Positions 56,441 through 64,000 of a stretch of DNA of 64,000 nt are shown here, in pieces. Position 1 is the first letter of the stretch. Each line of letters begins with the position of its first letter. A model generated the notes under the pieces. The model was given only the letters and a program-made list of their open reading frames with translations, did not search any database and was not told the origin of the DNA. Source of the DNA: an uncultured Anaerolineales bacterium (GTDB taxonomy: Bacteria > Planctomycetota > Phycisphaerae > FEN-1346); NCBI GenBank assembly GCA_964539385.1, contig CAZIJC010000002.1, forward strand, positions 16,001 through 80,000. The letters run 5' to 3'. A program made the translations under genes and the position numbers.

Positions 56441-57070
56441 TTACGCGAGCCGGATCTCGGTCCGATGCACGTCGGCCCGCGCAACCGCCTCGTCGCCGAG
56501 GCCGAGCAGCCGAAGGACCTCGTCGGCCCGGACCGTGCCTTTGGGGCCGGTTGCCAGGACCATCCGGACGCCTCGGTCACCGGCGGGCTCGATCCGCTCC
56601 AGGTAAGGGCGGGCATCGAGGTGCTTGTCACCCCTTGGCCGGCGGCGCACGACCGGCGCCTCGGACAGCGCGAGCAATCGGGCGATCCGCTCTTCGAGGT
56701 CAACGCACGGCGCCTCCAGGTGCGCGACATAGACAACGGCCACAGGACGGGCCTTGTCGGTGGGGCGCAGGAGATCGAGCGAATCGATCCGGACATCGTC
56801 GGGAACCTGGCGGCGAAGATCGCCGAGGACAGCCTCAGGATTGACCCAGTCGGCCAGTTCGAATTCAAGGATCTCGGCCTCTGAGGCAATACCGACGCTG
56901 CGCGGTTCCACAAGCGACATCTTCGGCCGCGGGTTAAACCCCTGGCTCATTCGAAGAGGCAACCCCGCACGCCGAAGCACCCGCTCCCACAGACGCATCA
57001 TGTCGTGATGGCTGAGGTACCGCTTGTCTCCCTCCACACGAAACCAAAGACGCAAGCGTTGACGGAACAA
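56441..57070 (-). CDS. DUF2344-family protein (radical-SAM-linked protein commonly encoded next to RNase E/G)
   Basis: The N-terminus is RLWFRVEGDKRYLSHHDMMRLWERVLRRAGLPLRMSQGFNPRPKMSL, which is the conserved DUF2344/TIGR03936 N-terminus. Confidence 0.6.
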   Translation of the reverse strand: MFRQRLRLWFRVEGDKRYLSHHDMMRLWERVLRRAGLPLRMSQGFNPRPKMSLVEPRSVGIASEAEILEFELADWVNPEAVLGDLRRQVPDDVRIDSLDLLRPTDKARPVAVVYVAHLEAPCVDLEERIARLLALSEAPVVRRRPRGDKHLDARPYLERIEPAGDRGVRMVLATGPKGTVRADEVLRLLGLGDEAVARADVHRTEIRLA

Positions 57071-57185
57071 ACGTCCCCCACCTGCTTCAATACCCCTCGT
57101 ATTGCTGCCGCGCCCGGCGCGGCCAGGTTCGCTTTCAGGACCCTGATTGTAAATCGAACGTCCGAGGGATGCAATCCAAGACTTT

Positions 57186-58430
57186 TCAGATCAACTTGGT
57201 CTTGCCCGGCACCGCCAGCGGCTGCACGGGGTTCGGCCCGAACTTGAACTCCTTCGGGACGATGTCGAGTTTCGAGGCCTTCATGGCCCAGTCCCACTTG
57301 ATCTCGCGTCCGGTGTAGGCCGACATGCGGCCGAGGATGGCGGTCATGGAACTCTCGGCGACCCGCTTGCCCTCGTTCAGCGGCCTGGCGGCGCGGATGC
57401 CGGCGATCAGGTCGGCGTGTTCCTGGACCGAGGGGTCCTTGACCTGCTTCTCGTACGTCCAGGCGGCCGGTCCGGTGATGGCACCCCTGGACGGAAACGC
57501 CGTGCCCTTCGAGCCGACGATGAGCGCATCGACACGGTTCGCGGCGCCGGCCGCCTGGCGGCATAGACTCATGACGCGCACGCCGCCGGGGTACTCGTAC
57601 TCGACGGCGAAGTGGTCCCAGATGTTGCCCCACTTGGGGTCGGTGCGGGTTTGGCGGCCGCCGGTCGCGATGCACTTGACGGGCGGCGACTGAAAGGCCC
57701 AGTTCATGATGTCGTGCTGGTGGACGTGCTGCTCGACGATGTGGTCGCCGGAGAGCCAGGTGAAGTAGTACCAGTTGCGGCACTGGTACTCCATCTCGGA
57801 CCATTTCGGGTCGCTGCCTCGATGCCACAGTTCGCCCGTCAGGAAGTAGCAGGCCCCGGTGCGAAGTTCACCGATGCGGCCGTCGTGCACGCGCTTGATG
57901 GTCTCGATGGCCCTGGCGTCATGGCGTGTCTGGGTGCCGGCCACGATGGCGAGTTTCTTCTCGCCGGCCAGGCGAGCGGTCTCGATGACACTGCGGACGC
58001 CGACCGGATCGACCGCCACCGGCTTCTCGGCGAAGACGTGCACACCGGCCTCGATGGCATCCCGCATGTGGATCGGGCGGAAGCCGGGCGGCTGGCACAG
58101 CAGCACCAAGTCCACGCACTCGATCACCTTCTTATGGTTGTCCCAGCCGGCGAAGCATCGCTCGGGCGTCACCTGGAACTGGTCGGCCGTGAGTTGCTTC
58201 GTTTTCTTGAGCCGGTTGTAGCAGGCCTCCACGCGGTCCTTGAACAGGTCGCCGAGCGCCCGGATGACAACTCCGGGCGCCGATATGGCGCAGTTGGCGA
58301 CGTCGCGGGTGCCGCGGCCACCGGTTCCAACCAGGCCAATCCTGATCGTGTCGGAGCCGGCGGCGTGGGCGACGTTGGAGAGGCCGGCCGCAACGGCACC
58401 GGCCGTGACGAGGTTCTTGCGTGCTGTCAT
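57186..58430 (-). CDS. Gfo/Idh/MocA-family NAD(P)-dependent oxidoreductase with a probable TAT signal
   Basis: The N-terminus MTARKNLVTAGAVAAGLSNVAHAA is followed by a Rossmann motif (IRIGLVGTGGRGT). The Gfo/Idh/MocA C-terminal domain is present. Confidence 0.8.
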   Translation of the reverse strand: MTARKNLVTAGAVAAGLSNVAHAAGSDTIRIGLVGTGGRGTRDVANCAISAPGVVIRALGDLFKDRVEACYNRLKKTKQLTADQFQVTPERCFAGWDNHKKVIECVDLVLLCQPPGFRPIHMRDAIEAGVHVFAEKPVAVDPVGVRSVIETARLAGEKKLAIVAGTQTRHDARAIETIKRVHDGRIGELRTGACYFLTGELWHRGSDPKWSEMEYQCRNWYYFTWLSGDHIVEQHVHQHDIMNWAFQSPPVKCIATGGRQTRTDPKWGNIWDHFAVEYEYPGGVRVMSLCRQAAGAANRVDALIVGSKGTAFPSRGAITGPAAWTYEKQVKDPSVQEHADLIAGIRAARPLNEGKRVAESSMTAILGRMSAYTGREIKWDWAMKASKLDIVPKEFKFGPNPVQPLAVPGKTKLI

Positions 58431-58545
58431 GGTCCTGCCCCTTATTGTAGACGGACCGGGTCCTCGCCCGCTGCCGGGCGAGAGGGCAACGGCAACCGCG
58501 CGGTGGACCGGGCGGGCCACCGCGCGGAGACGGTATCGCGTGTAA

Positions 58546-59817
58546 CTAGATGAGTTTCGTCTGTCCGGGCACCGCGACGGGGGGCGGCGTGTACGGCCCG
58601 AAGGCGACGTTCATGTTCGCGGGTCCGAGTTTGAGTTTCGAGGCCTTGACGGCCCAGTCCCACTTGATCTCGCGGCCGGTGTAGGTGCACATGCGACCGA
58701 GAACGGCAGACATGGTCGATTCGGCGACCTGCTGGCCTTCATTCCAGTAGTCGCCCTTGCCCGTGAAACTGCGCAGGCAGTCGATGTGCTCCTGGACGTA
58801 GGGGTTGATGTCTTTGCCTTGGTACTTCCAGGCGTTCTCACCTTCGATGCTGCCGCTGAGGCCGGACGCACCTTTGGTGCCGACGGCGCGCTCTGAAACG
58901 CGGTGCGACGACTTGCCGAATTGCGAGCAGTAACTGGCGACCCGCACGCCGCCCGGGAACTCAAACTCGACGGCGTGGTGGTCGAAGATGTTGCCGGGTT
59001 CCGGCCGCGCTGCGCGGCCGCCGATCCCGATGGCCTTCTCCGGGTGCGTTCCGAACGCCCAGCAGATCATGTCGATGTTGTGGACGTGCTGCTCGACGAT
59101 GTGGTCTCCGCACGTCCAGCACCAGGCAAACCAGTTGAGGCATTGCCACTCGATGTCGGACATGCCCGGGTTGCGGGGTCGCTTGTGCGTGACCGGTCCG
59201 CCCATCCAGTAGCACTGGCCGCCCACCAAGTCGCCGATGGCGCCGTCGTGGATGCGTTTGAGGGCCTCCTGTCGGCGCTTCTCATGGCGGCGCTGGGTGC
59301 CGGCCACGACGGTCAGTTTTTTCTGCTTGGCCATCTCGGCCGCGGCGCAGACCTGGTTGTAACCCCAGGGGTCCACGCAGACGGGCTTCTCCATGAAGAC
59401 GTGCTTGCCGGCTTCAATGGCCGCCGCAAAGTGGTACGGCCGGAAGCCCGGCGGCGCGGCGGTGATGATCGAATCCACGCCGCTCGCGAGGACCCCTTTG
59501 TAGTTGTCGAACCCGCCGAAGCAGCGTTCCTCGGGTACCTGGTGTTTCTTGCCGTGACTGACGGCGCGGTCCTTCCACAAGTCGCCGCACGCCCAGACCT
59601 GGACGTTGATACCGGCGTGTTTGGCCGCCTCGAGGCAGTTGCCGGTGGCGCCCCTGCCCCTGCCGCCGCAGCCGATTACGCCTACCTTGACGACGTCGGC
59701 TCCGGCGGCGTGAGCGACGTTCGATGCGAATCCGGTCATCAGGGTAGCGGCCCCGGCGGCCGCCGTCCCCTTCATGAAGTCGCGGCGCGATACCTGCTTG
59801 GTTGGTGGTTTGCTCAT
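58546..59817 (-). CDS. Gfo/Idh/MocA-family oxidoreductase with a twin-arginine signal (tandem paralogue)
   Basis: The TAT motif is SRRDFMKGTAAAGAATLM. VKVGVIGCGGRGRG follows. It is about 45% identical in pattern to the preceding gene. Confidence 0.8.
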   Translation of the reverse strand: MSKPPTKQVSRRDFMKGTAAAGAATLMTGFASNVAHAAGADVVKVGVIGCGGRGRGATGNCLEAAKHAGINVQVWACGDLWKDRAVSHGKKHQVPEERCFGGFDNYKGVLASGVDSIITAAPPGFRPYHFAAAIEAGKHVFMEKPVCVDPWGYNQVCAAAEMAKQKKLTVVAGTQRRHEKRRQEALKRIHDGAIGDLVGGQCYWMGGPVTHKRPRNPGMSDIEWQCLNWFAWCWTCGDHIVEQHVHNIDMICWAFGTHPEKAIGIGGRAARPEPGNIFDHHAVEFEFPGGVRVASYCSQFGKSSHRVSERAVGTKGASGLSGSIEGENAWKYQGKDINPYVQEHIDCLRSFTGKGDYWNEGQQVAESTMSAVLGRMCTYTGREIKWDWAVKASKLKLGPANMNVAFGPYTPPPVAVPGQTKLI

Positions 59818-60013
59818 CGTCTTTCCTTTCCGTCTTGCGCGTCGGTGCGCTGTTCGAATAACCTTGCCTGCGTGCCGAACAGAGGAGTCTGCCGCGCACA
59901 GGCGACTAAATCAACTCTGTTTTGCCCGGAAGCGCTGCGGACAAGACTGCTCCGCCGGGCGACCGGACGCGGCCGGTGCGGAGAGCGACCGCGCAAGGCT
60001 TGCCTGATGTCGC

Positions 60014-60937
60014 TCAGAAGTTGTCGCAGGTGCGGTAGGCCTTGATGACGGCCTGCTCGCCCTCGGGGCCGCGCTGGCTGTTACCGTGCTCCATGCCGAT
60101 GACGCCTTTGAAGCCTTTATCGTGTAGCCATTTGAAGATGTTCTTGTAGTTGATCTCTCCGGTGGTGGGTTCTTTGCGGCCGGGATTGTCGCCGACCTGG
60201 ATGTAGCCGATCTCGTCCCACGACTTCTCCATGTTGGGGATGAGGTTACCCTCCTGGATCTGGGCGTGATACAGGTCGTCGAGGATCTTGCACGACGGGC
60301 TACCGACGGCCTTGCAGATGAGGTAGCCCTGGGTGACCTTTCGCAGGAACAATCCTGGGTGGTTGGCCCACCAGTTCAGGGGCTCAAGGACCATGACGAG
60401 GCCTGCCGGTTCGCACACCTCGGCCGCCACCTTGAGGTTCTCGATGCAGTTGGCCGTCATGTAGTCCCACTCGAGCCGCTGGTTGACGCTTCCCGGCACG
60501 ACGGTCGTCCACTTGGCGCCGACGCGTTTGGCCGTCTCGATCGACCGCTGCAGGTTCTTGCGGATCTGGTCCTGGACGTCCTTGCCGGTCTTGGAGACGA
60601 GGTCGGTCCCTCCGGCGAGGCGGCTGACGAAGACGCCCATCGTCATGCCGAGTTGCTGGAAGGTCTTGCCGATCTTCTCCTGGAGGTCGGCGGCCTTGCC
60701 CATCATGCCGTTGTCTTCCCAGGCGGTGAAGCCCTGGTCGGCGGCGAACTTGAGTTGGTCGATGGGGTCGTTGCCCGCGCTGGCCTTGAACATGCCGAAG
60801 TGCGGGGCGTACTTCATGCGGAACTTGGCCCCGCTGGACGGTTTCGCCCCCTGTGCCGTGGCTTCGGCGGCCATCCCCACAGACATGGCCGCCCCGACAC
60901 CCGTTACGGACGTTCTCAGAAAGTTGCGTCGGTCCAT
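60014..60937 (-). CDS. sugar phosphate isomerase/epimerase (xylose-isomerase-like TIM barrel) with a twin-arginine signal
   Basis: The TAT motif is MDRRNFLRTSVTGVGAAMSVGMAAEATA. TIM-barrel AP-endonuclease-2-like motifs are present (LVMVLEPLN, IGYIQVGDNPGRKEP, GMEHG). Confidence 0.75.
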   Translation of the reverse strand: MDRRNFLRTSVTGVGAAMSVGMAAEATAQGAKPSSGAKFRMKYAPHFGMFKASAGNDPIDQLKFAADQGFTAWEDNGMMGKAADLQEKIGKTFQQLGMTMGVFVSRLAGGTDLVSKTGKDVQDQIRKNLQRSIETAKRVGAKWTTVVPGSVNQRLEWDYMTANCIENLKVAAEVCEPAGLVMVLEPLNWWANHPGLFLRKVTQGYLICKAVGSPSCKILDDLYHAQIQEGNLIPNMEKSWDEIGYIQVGDNPGRKEPTTGEINYKNIFKWLHDKGFKGVIGMEHGNSQRGPEGEQAVIKAYRTCDNF

Positions 60938-61030
60938 GGTCTTGCCCCTTTGTACCAGACTTACGCGTTGCCCTGCGACAGAAACCGCCGCCCGCACCCG
61001 ATTCCTTAAACTACGGGCACATTGCACTCG

Positions 61031-62773
61031 TCACGCCACCAGTTCCGGCAGGAGCCGGCGCGTAATCTCGGCCAAGTAGGCGTCCACCTCTCGGTCGGAG
61101 TCGAACTGGAAGACCTTCTCGCAGACCTCCTTGGCCTGGTCCATCGTCACGCTACGGATTACCTTCTTAATCTCCAGAAGCGTGGCCGAGGATACGCTGA
61201 AAACCTGGATCCCCAATCCCAGCAGGACGAGCACATAGTTCGGCTCGCCGGCCATTTCGCCGCAGACCGCCACCTCGACCCCGGCGTCCCGCGCCGTATC
61301 GGTCACCATTCTGATCAGGCGCAGGACCGCCGGATGGCCCGGCGTGTACATGCCCGCCACGCGCTCGTTCGTGCGGTCCACCGCCAGAACGTACTGCGTC
61401 AGGTCGTTGGTGCCGATGCTGAAGAAATCGCATTCCCCGGCGAATCGCCGCACCATGATTGCCGCGCTGGGTACCTCGATCATAATGCCGACTTTGATGC
61501 CGGCGTCCACGTGGATGCCTTCCTCCTCGAGGTCCTCGCGGACGTCGGCCAGGAGCATCTTGGCCTGCCTGAGTTCCTTGAGGTTCGTGATAAGCGGAAA
61601 CATGATCCGAACGGCGCCCAGGGCGCTTGCGCGTAGGATCGCCCGCAGTTGCTTCTTGAAGCCGGCGACGTGCTGGAGGCTGAACCGGATGCTCCGGCAC
61701 CCCAGAAACGGGTTGCGTTCGTCGTAATCGTCCGACAGGTGGGTGAACTTGTCGGCCCCCAGATCGCAGGTGCGGATCGTGATGGGCCGGCCTTTGCAGG
61801 CCTCGATGGCTTCGGCGTAGGCCTGGTAGTGATCCTCTTCGCTGGGTTCCACGTCGCGGTCGAGGTAGATGAACTCGGTGCGGTAGAGGCCGATGCCGCT
61901 CGCCCCCCGGTCCATGCAGGTCTGGACTTCGTGCGGGAACTCGATGTTGCCCCAGAGGAAGACCTCATGGCCGTCGATGGTGGTGGCCGGCAGGTCCTTC
62001 AGGTGGCCGAGTTCCTCCTCCATGCGATGGAACCGCTGCTCGGCCTCCCGAAAGCGCGTGATGGTCGGCGCGTCGGGGTCGATGACCACCAGTCCGCGGT
62101 TGCCGTCCACGATGACCGTATCGCCGCCCGAGAGGTCGGCCGTGACGTTCTGGAGACCGACCACCGCCGGGATGCCCATGGCGCGGGCGACGATAGTGGT
62201 ATGGCTGGTGCGGCCGCCGATGTCCGTGGCGAAAGCCAGGACCTTCGACGGGTCGAGTCCCGCCGTCTGGCTCGGCGTCAGATCATGGGCGATGACGATG
62301 ACCGGCTCGGTCAGTTGGTGCAGGCTTTCGCGCTTGGCCCCGATCAAGTTCCTCAGCAGCCGTTTCTCGACGTCCCAGACGTCGGCAACGCGTTCCGACA
62401 TGTACCGGTTCGGCAGGGCGAGGACCTTCTTGGCATAGCCCTTGAGGATCTGGGAGACGGCGTACTCGGGGGCGTAGCGTTCGCGCTGGATGAGTTCGCG
62501 GATCTCGTCAACGACGGAGGGGTCGCCGAGCAGGGCGTCCTGGACATCGAAGATGGCGCCGAGTTTCTCGCCGATATCGGCGGCGACGCGCTGGCGCAGT
62601 TCGCGTATCTCCTCCCTGGCGCGCTCGACGGCTTCCTGGAACCGCGCGAGTTCCGCCTGGACCTCATCCGGCTCGATGCCGCGGCGCGGGATGCGAAACT
62701 GTTCGCTGTCCAGGACGACCGCGGGTGCGATCGCAACGCCCGGCGAGACCGCGATACCTTTGCGCGTTTCCAT
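61031..62773 (-). CDS. ptsI: phosphoenolpyruvate-protein phosphotransferase (PTS enzyme I)
   Basis: The phosphohistidine region is GGRTSHTTIVARAMGIPAVVG. A PEP-utilising TIM-barrel domain is present (CGEMAGEP, GIGLYRTEF). Confidence 0.9.
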   Translation of the reverse strand: METRKGIAVSPGVAIAPAVVLDSEQFRIPRRGIEPDEVQAELARFQEAVERAREEIRELRQRVAADIGEKLGAIFDVQDALLGDPSVVDEIRELIQRERYAPEYAVSQILKGYAKKVLALPNRYMSERVADVWDVEKRLLRNLIGAKRESLHQLTEPVIVIAHDLTPSQTAGLDPSKVLAFATDIGGRTSHTTIVARAMGIPAVVGLQNVTADLSGGDTVIVDGNRGLVVIDPDAPTITRFREAEQRFHRMEEELGHLKDLPATTIDGHEVFLWGNIEFPHEVQTCMDRGASGIGLYRTEFIYLDRDVEPSEEDHYQAYAEAIEACKGRPITIRTCDLGADKFTHLSDDYDERNPFLGCRSIRFSLQHVAGFKKQLRAILRASALGAVRIMFPLITNLKELRQAKMLLADVREDLEEEGIHVDAGIKVGIMIEVPSAAIMVRRFAGECDFFSIGTNDLTQYVLAVDRTNERVAGMYTPGHPAVLRLIRMVTDTARDAGVEVAVCGEMAGEPNYVLVLLGLGIQVFSVSSATLLEIKKVIRSVTMDQAKEVCEKVFQFDSDREVDAYLAEITRRLLPELVA

Positions 62774-62799
62774 CGGATTGGCCGCTCGCGGGGGACGGA

Positions 62800-63075
62800 C
62801 TACTTCAGGTCCTTGTCGAAGTTGGCTACCACCTCGGCCAGGGCCCGGAGGCAGGTCTCCGCATCTTCCCCGTCGCTCTCCAGGTGAAGCATCATGCCCG
62901 GCATGGCCTCAAGCAGCATCATCTCCATAATGCTCTTGCCGTTGACCGTCTGGTCGCCCTTGGACACGGTAACGGTACAGCGGAACCGGTTCGCCGTCTC
63001 GACGAATCTCGCCGCCGGCCGCATGTGCAGCCCCAGGGGATTGACGATTTTCACCTCGCGTGTGGGCACGAGCAT
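62800..63075 (-). CDS. ptsH: phosphocarrier protein HPr
   Basis: The active-site His motif is NPLGLHMRPAARFV. It is 91 aa. A possible regulatory Ser region is present (GKSIMEMM). Confidence 0.85.
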   Translation of the reverse strand: MLVPTREVKIVNPLGLHMRPAARFVETANRFRCTVTVSKGDQTVNGKSIMEMMLLEAMPGMMLHLESDGEDAETCLRALAEVVANFDKDLK

Positions 63076-63105
63076 ATCTTTCCAAAGCCGGGGGCCGACG
63101 CACCG

Positions 63106-63597
63106 TCATCCCAGTTCCTCATCGGCCTCGCGCAGCAGGTCCACCAGTTCCTCGCGGGTGGACGCCTGGCACATGAAGCGGCGGAGGTGGTCGTTCTTGA
63201 TGCTCCGAAAGATATGCTCCATCGCTTTCAGGTGCTGCTCGGGTTGATCTGGGTTCGACAGCAGCAGGAAGAGCAAATGGACCGGCCGGCGGTCGAGGGC
63301 GGCAAAGTCGATGCCGGCAGCGCTGCGGGCCACCAGACCCACCACCCCCTTGATGCCTTCATGCTTGGCGTGCGGGATGGCCACGCCGTTGCCGAACCCC
63401 GTCGTGCCCTTCTTCTCGCGGCGCAGAATGGCGTCCACCACCTTGCGGCGGTCCTTTGCCGAGACCGCCTTGGTCGTGATGAGTTGGCCGACCATCTCGT
63501 CGATCGCGCCGCGAGCCGTATCGGCCTTCAGGTCGGGCATGATGGCCGAGGTTGCGATGAATTCCATCAACTTCATGTGGGCCGGACTCCTCGCCAC
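63106..63597 (-). CDS. ptsN: PTS IIA-like nitrogen-regulatory protein (EIIA-Ntr, PtsN family)
   Basis: The PTS_EIIA_2 motif is TTGFGNGVAIPHAKHEG with the phosphorylatable His. Confidence 0.8.
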   Translation of the reverse strand: MARSPAHMKLMEFIATSAIMPDLKADTARGAIDEMVGQLITTKAVSAKDRRKVVDAILRREKKGTTGFGNGVAIPHAKHEGIKGVVGLVARSAAGIDFAALDRRPVHLLFLLLSNPDQPEQHLKAMEHIFRSIKNDHLRRFMCQASTREELVDLLREADEELG

Positions 63598-63599
63598 TC

Positions 63600-63929
63600 T
63601 CAGGTGCGCGTGGGCTGATGCGGGTTCGGGCCGCGCCCCTTCCGGTGCCGGGTGCGGTCCTTGTGCTCGAGCAACTGCCGCTCCAGCCGCTCTTCCGCCT
63701 GGTCGATCACGGCAGACATGTTGTGTCCGGTGGTCTGTGCCACAAGGTTGCTGCTGTGCTCCAGGTCGGCGATCATCTCGCAGGAGAAGCCGCCGCCGTC
63801 CTTATTCAGCACCACGCGAATCGACTGGATCTTGTCATAGTATTTCAGGAGGCGCCGGGCTTTTTCGTCCGCTCGGTCTCTCATGTCGGCGGCAATCGAC
63901 TTGTGCCGCACGGTTACTTCGATCTGCAA
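63600..63929 (-). CDS. hpf: ribosome hibernation-promoting factor / sigma-54 modulation protein (HPF/RaiA, short form)
   Basis: The RaiA fold signature is MQIEVTVRHKSIAADMRDRADEKARRLLKYYDKIQSIRVVLN. It is about 109 aa. Confidence 0.85.
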   Translation of the reverse strand: MQIEVTVRHKSIAADMRDRADEKARRLLKYYDKIQSIRVVLNKDGGGFSCEMIADLEHSSNLVAQTTGHNMSAVIDQAEERLERQLLEHKDRTRHRKGRGPNPHQPTRT

Positions 63930-64000
63930 CCTCTCCCTCCCTCCACGAATCGCGCCCTTGAGGCCGCACAGGTGCCCGCTGACAAGCGCCGGGAGTGTAG

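Noticed and set aside
63930-64000. Possible 3' end of an rpoN-like gene upstream of hpf on the minus strand
   Set aside because: Only about 70 nt are available, and none of the three minus-strand frames gives a recognisable RpoN-box (ARRTVAKYR). It cannot be called.

Overview
High-GC (about 65-70%) chromosomal segment, most likely from a Planctomycetota-like bacterium: Tad-type pilus genes, TAT-exported Gfo/Idh/MocA oxidoreductases, giant secreted proteins, and an ECF sigma factor with its anti-sigma. The window is densely coding on both strands. I saw no rRNA, tRNA, CRISPR array or recognisable transposase or integrase. Content from 5' to 3':

- 1-10.2 kb: a Hanks-type Ser/Thr kinase with a transmembrane segment and TPR-like repeats, truncated at the 5' window edge. 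It is followed by a Tad/Flp pilus assembly locus: TadG-like, TadE-like, an orphan membrane protein, CpaB, a CpaF ATPase carrying an N-terminal FHA domain, TadB and TadC.
- 10.3-18.6 kb: a glycan-degradation cluster. It holds a tandem-duplicated DUF1080 protein, two paralogous putative glycoside hydrolases, a secreted unknown protein, and a heparinase II/III-like lyase.
- 18.7-23.6 kb: a Zn-dependent alcohol dehydrogenase, a near-perfect bidirectional terminator, a DapA/NanA-family lyase, and an unusual fusion of a NanM-like Kelch mutarotase to a sodium:solute symporter.
- 23.8-27.7 kb: a secreted alpha/beta-hydrolase ending in five VEPAA repeats, then a large secreted protein. Their 5' ends and signal peptides are duplicated.
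- 28.0-39.3 kb: the most striking feature. Three tandem paralogous modules of about 1,200 aa each, every one a secreted domain ending in a multi-helix membrane anchor. Module 1 is its own ORF; modules 2 and 3 are fused into one giant ORF. The locus is followed by a double zinc-ribbon protein.
- 40-64 kb: housekeeping genes: clpB, a nitrilase-family hydrolase, mfd behind a consensus sigma70 promoter, a SurA-like PPIase, a ferredoxin-like protein and panE. Then two paralogous membrane proteins, an ECF sigma/anti-sigma pair with a downstream periplasmic protein, ruvX, RNase G/E with DUF2344, two TAT-exported oxidoreductases plus a TAT-exported sugar-phosphate isomerase, and a regulatory PTS set (ptsI, ptsH, ptsN, hpf).
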